Source of the DNA: Deferribacterales bacterium
GTDB lineage: Bacteria > Chrysiogenota > Deferribacteres > Deferribacterales > Geovibrionaceae
Reading direction: 5' to 3'
Assembly: GCA_050251875.1 (NCBI GenBank)
Contig: JBFWMA010000002.1
Span: 224,001 to 288,000, forward strand
DNA: 64,000 bases
Shown here: piece by piece, positions 62,054 through 64,000 of the stretch
How the letters are laid out: each line of letters opens with the position of its first letter
How positions within the stretch are numbered: position 1 is the first letter of the stretch
Made by a program: the position numbers and the translations under genes
Notes under the pieces: generated by a model
Database searches by the model: none
The model's input: only the letters and a program-made list of their open reading frames with translations
What the model was told of the DNA's origin: nothing

Positions 62054-63259
62054 ATGATCATCTGCATGGATATGGACGCTTTCTTCGCTTCTGTGGAACA
62101 GGCGGTGAACCCGTCTCTCAGAGGCAAGCCGATAGCCGTCATAGGCGCAAAGGAGCGCACTGTGGTGGTTACCTCATCCTATGAGGCGAGGGCGAAGGGC
62201 GTCAAAACCGGAATGAGCAAATATGAGGCGCAGAGAGTGTGTCCGGATGTGATACTGGTTTGCGGTCACACCCGGATATATACCCATGTCTCTTCAGAAA
62301 TAGTAAAATTCTTAAAAACGATCACGCCGGACGTGGAGGTCTATTCCATAGACGAGGCTTTTTTGGACATAAAAGATAATGACCCTGTGACAATAGGTTA
62401 CATGATTATGTCCTATGTTAAGAAGACTTTTAATATAACATGCTCCATCGGGATCGGTCCCAACAAGCTGATAGCCAAAATGGCGACAGAGGTTAATAAG
62501 CCGAATGGTCTGTATATGGTTCATAAAGAAGAAGTTATGGAGTTTATAGACACATTTGAGCTGGGCGATATATGGGGAATCGGACGCAGGCTGACAAAAA
62601 GATTCAGATCCATGGGAATCTTCACCCCTGCTGATCTGCGGGCTTTCGGGCGTGACAGGCTGGAAAAAATGCTGGGGATAGGCGGTGTGAGGCTTTTTCA
62701 GATGGCTCACGGGGAATATTCCGACAGAGTGGTTTCTCAGGAGCCTCCGGTGAAGTCCATAGGGCACAGTATGACTCTCCCTGTGGACGGAAAGACCAGA
62801 GAAACGGCTCTGAACTACCTGCTCCAGCTTTCGGAGATGGTGTCCGCCCGTGCCAGAAAGAATGGTTTTGCGGGAAAGACTCTGCATCTGGTGATAAAAG
62901 ACACGGACATGATGAGCGTGAGCAGGCAGAAGGGGATTGGTTTTTTTACATCCGCCACCCACCACATTTATGAAACCGCCATAGAGCTTTTTGACGAGTT
63001 ATGGGATCACAACCCCATCCGGCTGCTTGGTATATCCATAGGAAACCTTGTGGGAGAGTCAGTTATATTGACAAATATAATGGATGACTTCGGAAAATAC
63101 CCGCAACTATATGACGCAATAGATAAAATTAACTCTAAATATGGAAAAACATCCATATCTTACGCCTCTGTGCTGAACTGTAAGAGGATAGGCGCCAAAA
63201 CCATCTCTCCCGCCTGGCGTCCGGAGGGCACCAGAAATGTCGAATTCACTCCTGAATAA
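62054..63259 (+). CDS. dinB: Y-family DNA polymerase (Pol IV/DinB-like)
   Basis: DMDAFFASVE, SYEAR..GV..GM, SIDEAFLD, KLIAKMA....KPNG, WGIG. Confidence 0.95.
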   Translation: MIICMDMDAFFASVEQAVNPSLRGKPIAVIGAKERTVVVTSSYEARAKGVKTGMSKYEAQRVCPDVILVCGHTRIYTHVSSEIVKFLKTITPDVEVYSIDEAFLDIKDNDPVTIGYMIMSYVKKTFNITCSIGIGPNKLIAKMATEVNKPNGLYMVHKEEVMEFIDTFELGDIWGIGRRLTKRFRSMGIFTPADLRAFGRDRLEKMLGIGGVRLFQMAHGEYSDRVVSQEPPVKSIGHSMTLPVDGKTRETALNYLLQLSEMVSARARKNGFAGKTLHLVIKDTDMMSVSRQKGIGFFTSATHHIYETAIELFDELWDHNPIRLLGISIGNLVGESVILTNIMDDFGKYPQLYDAIDKINSKYGKTSISYASVLNCKRIGAKTISPAWRPEGTRNVEFTPE

Positions 63260-63305
63260 GCGCAAAAATATATGACAAATTGAGTATATTTAAGCCTGAC
63301 TCTGC

Positions 63306-63334
63306 TTGACTTGTAATACCGAATCAACTAATAT
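63306..63334 (+). promoter_or_regulatory. Putative sigma70 promoter of hom
   Basis: TTGACT-N17-TAATAT. Confidence 0.5.
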
Positions 63335-63384
63335 CGTTGGACACATTTCAAGCAGTTGGATTGTGTCCAAAATCGGAGGTTTTA

Positions 63385-64000
63385 ATGGCTAAGAAAGTGT
63401 ACGCAGGTCTGGTCGGATACGGAACGGTCGGCAGCGGGACAGCGGAAATCCTGCTGAAGCACAAACAGGATATTTTTGAAAAAACAGGCTTTGAGATCTG
63501 CCTCAAAACGGTGGCGGATATTAAAATAGATACTACGAAACTGGACGATATTCTCGCGCTCTGCCCGAATATCACAAAAAACGCTGACGATATTATAAAC
63601 GATCCCGAGATAGATATCGTTATAGAGCTGGTGGGCGGATATACCTTTGCCAAAGAACTGATTCTGAAAGCTCTGAAAGCGAAAAAACATGTTGTCACAG
63701 CTAATAAGGCTCTTCTGGCTCTGCACGGAGCTGAAATTTATCAGGCGGCGGATGAGAACGGCGTGAGCATAGGTTTCGAAGGCGCTGTGGGCGGCGGAAT
63801 ACCGCTGATAGGCGTTCTGAAAGAAGATCTGGTGGGTAACAACATAAACGAGGTCTTCGGTATCATCAACGGTACAGCCAACTACATCCTGTCCGCTATG
63901 GAATCAGAGGGCAAAGAGTTCTCCGAGGTGCTGAAAGCCGCTCAGGAGAAGGGATATGCCGAGGCTGACCCTACATTCGACATAGAGGGCATTGACACAG
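63385..64000 (+). CDS. hom: Homoserine dehydrogenase (3'-truncated by window edge; absent from the ORF track)
   Basis: My translation: MAKKVYAGLVGYGTVGSG...VVTANKALLA...FEGAVGGGIP...GIINGTANYILS...AQEKGYAEADPTFDIEGID; GGAGG RBS. Confidence 0.95.
   Translation, partial: MAKKVYAGLVGYGTVGSGTAEILLKHKQDIFEKTGFEICLKTVADIKIDTTKLDDILALCPNITKNADDIINDPEIDIVIELVGGYTFAKELILKALKAKKHVVTANKALLALHGAEIYQAADENGVSIGFEGAVGGGIPLIGVLKEDLVGNNINEVFGIINGTANYILSAMESEGKEFSEVLKAAQEKGYAEADPTFDIEGIDT

Overview
A gene-dense bacterial chromosomal segment that is mostly housekeeping. Gene content and style suggest Deferribacterota or a similar lineage, but that is inference only. It carries about 70 CDS: phoH-ybeY-corC-era-mgtE-recO, fbp-nfo, proC, leuB, lptFG, a sigma28-driven fliD-fliS cluster, ihfB, murJ-dtd, tsaB-rimI, metK-ahcY, hisS-aspS, glgP, yggS-yggT, ispD, trpS-scpAB, queD, an NtrY/NtrX-like pair, a lexA-small ORF-dinB SOS cassette and a partial hom. 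I found no rRNA, tRNA, CRISPR array, transposase or prophage. The most unusual signals are: (1) a ~130-nt four-hairpin element with GGA loops, present as a tandem pair at 37.66-37.93 kb (minus sense) and as a ~70-75% identical copy with compensatory stem changes directly upstream of dinB; (2) a 3x129-bp array inside the lexA-dinB operon, built from an internally deleted copy of that element plus an inverted REP-like pair; (3) a GAAC-N4-GTTC SOS box before lexA; (4) a small ORF after fliS that resembles a stand-alone flagellin C-terminus. All product calls come from motif recognition by eye, with no database searches.
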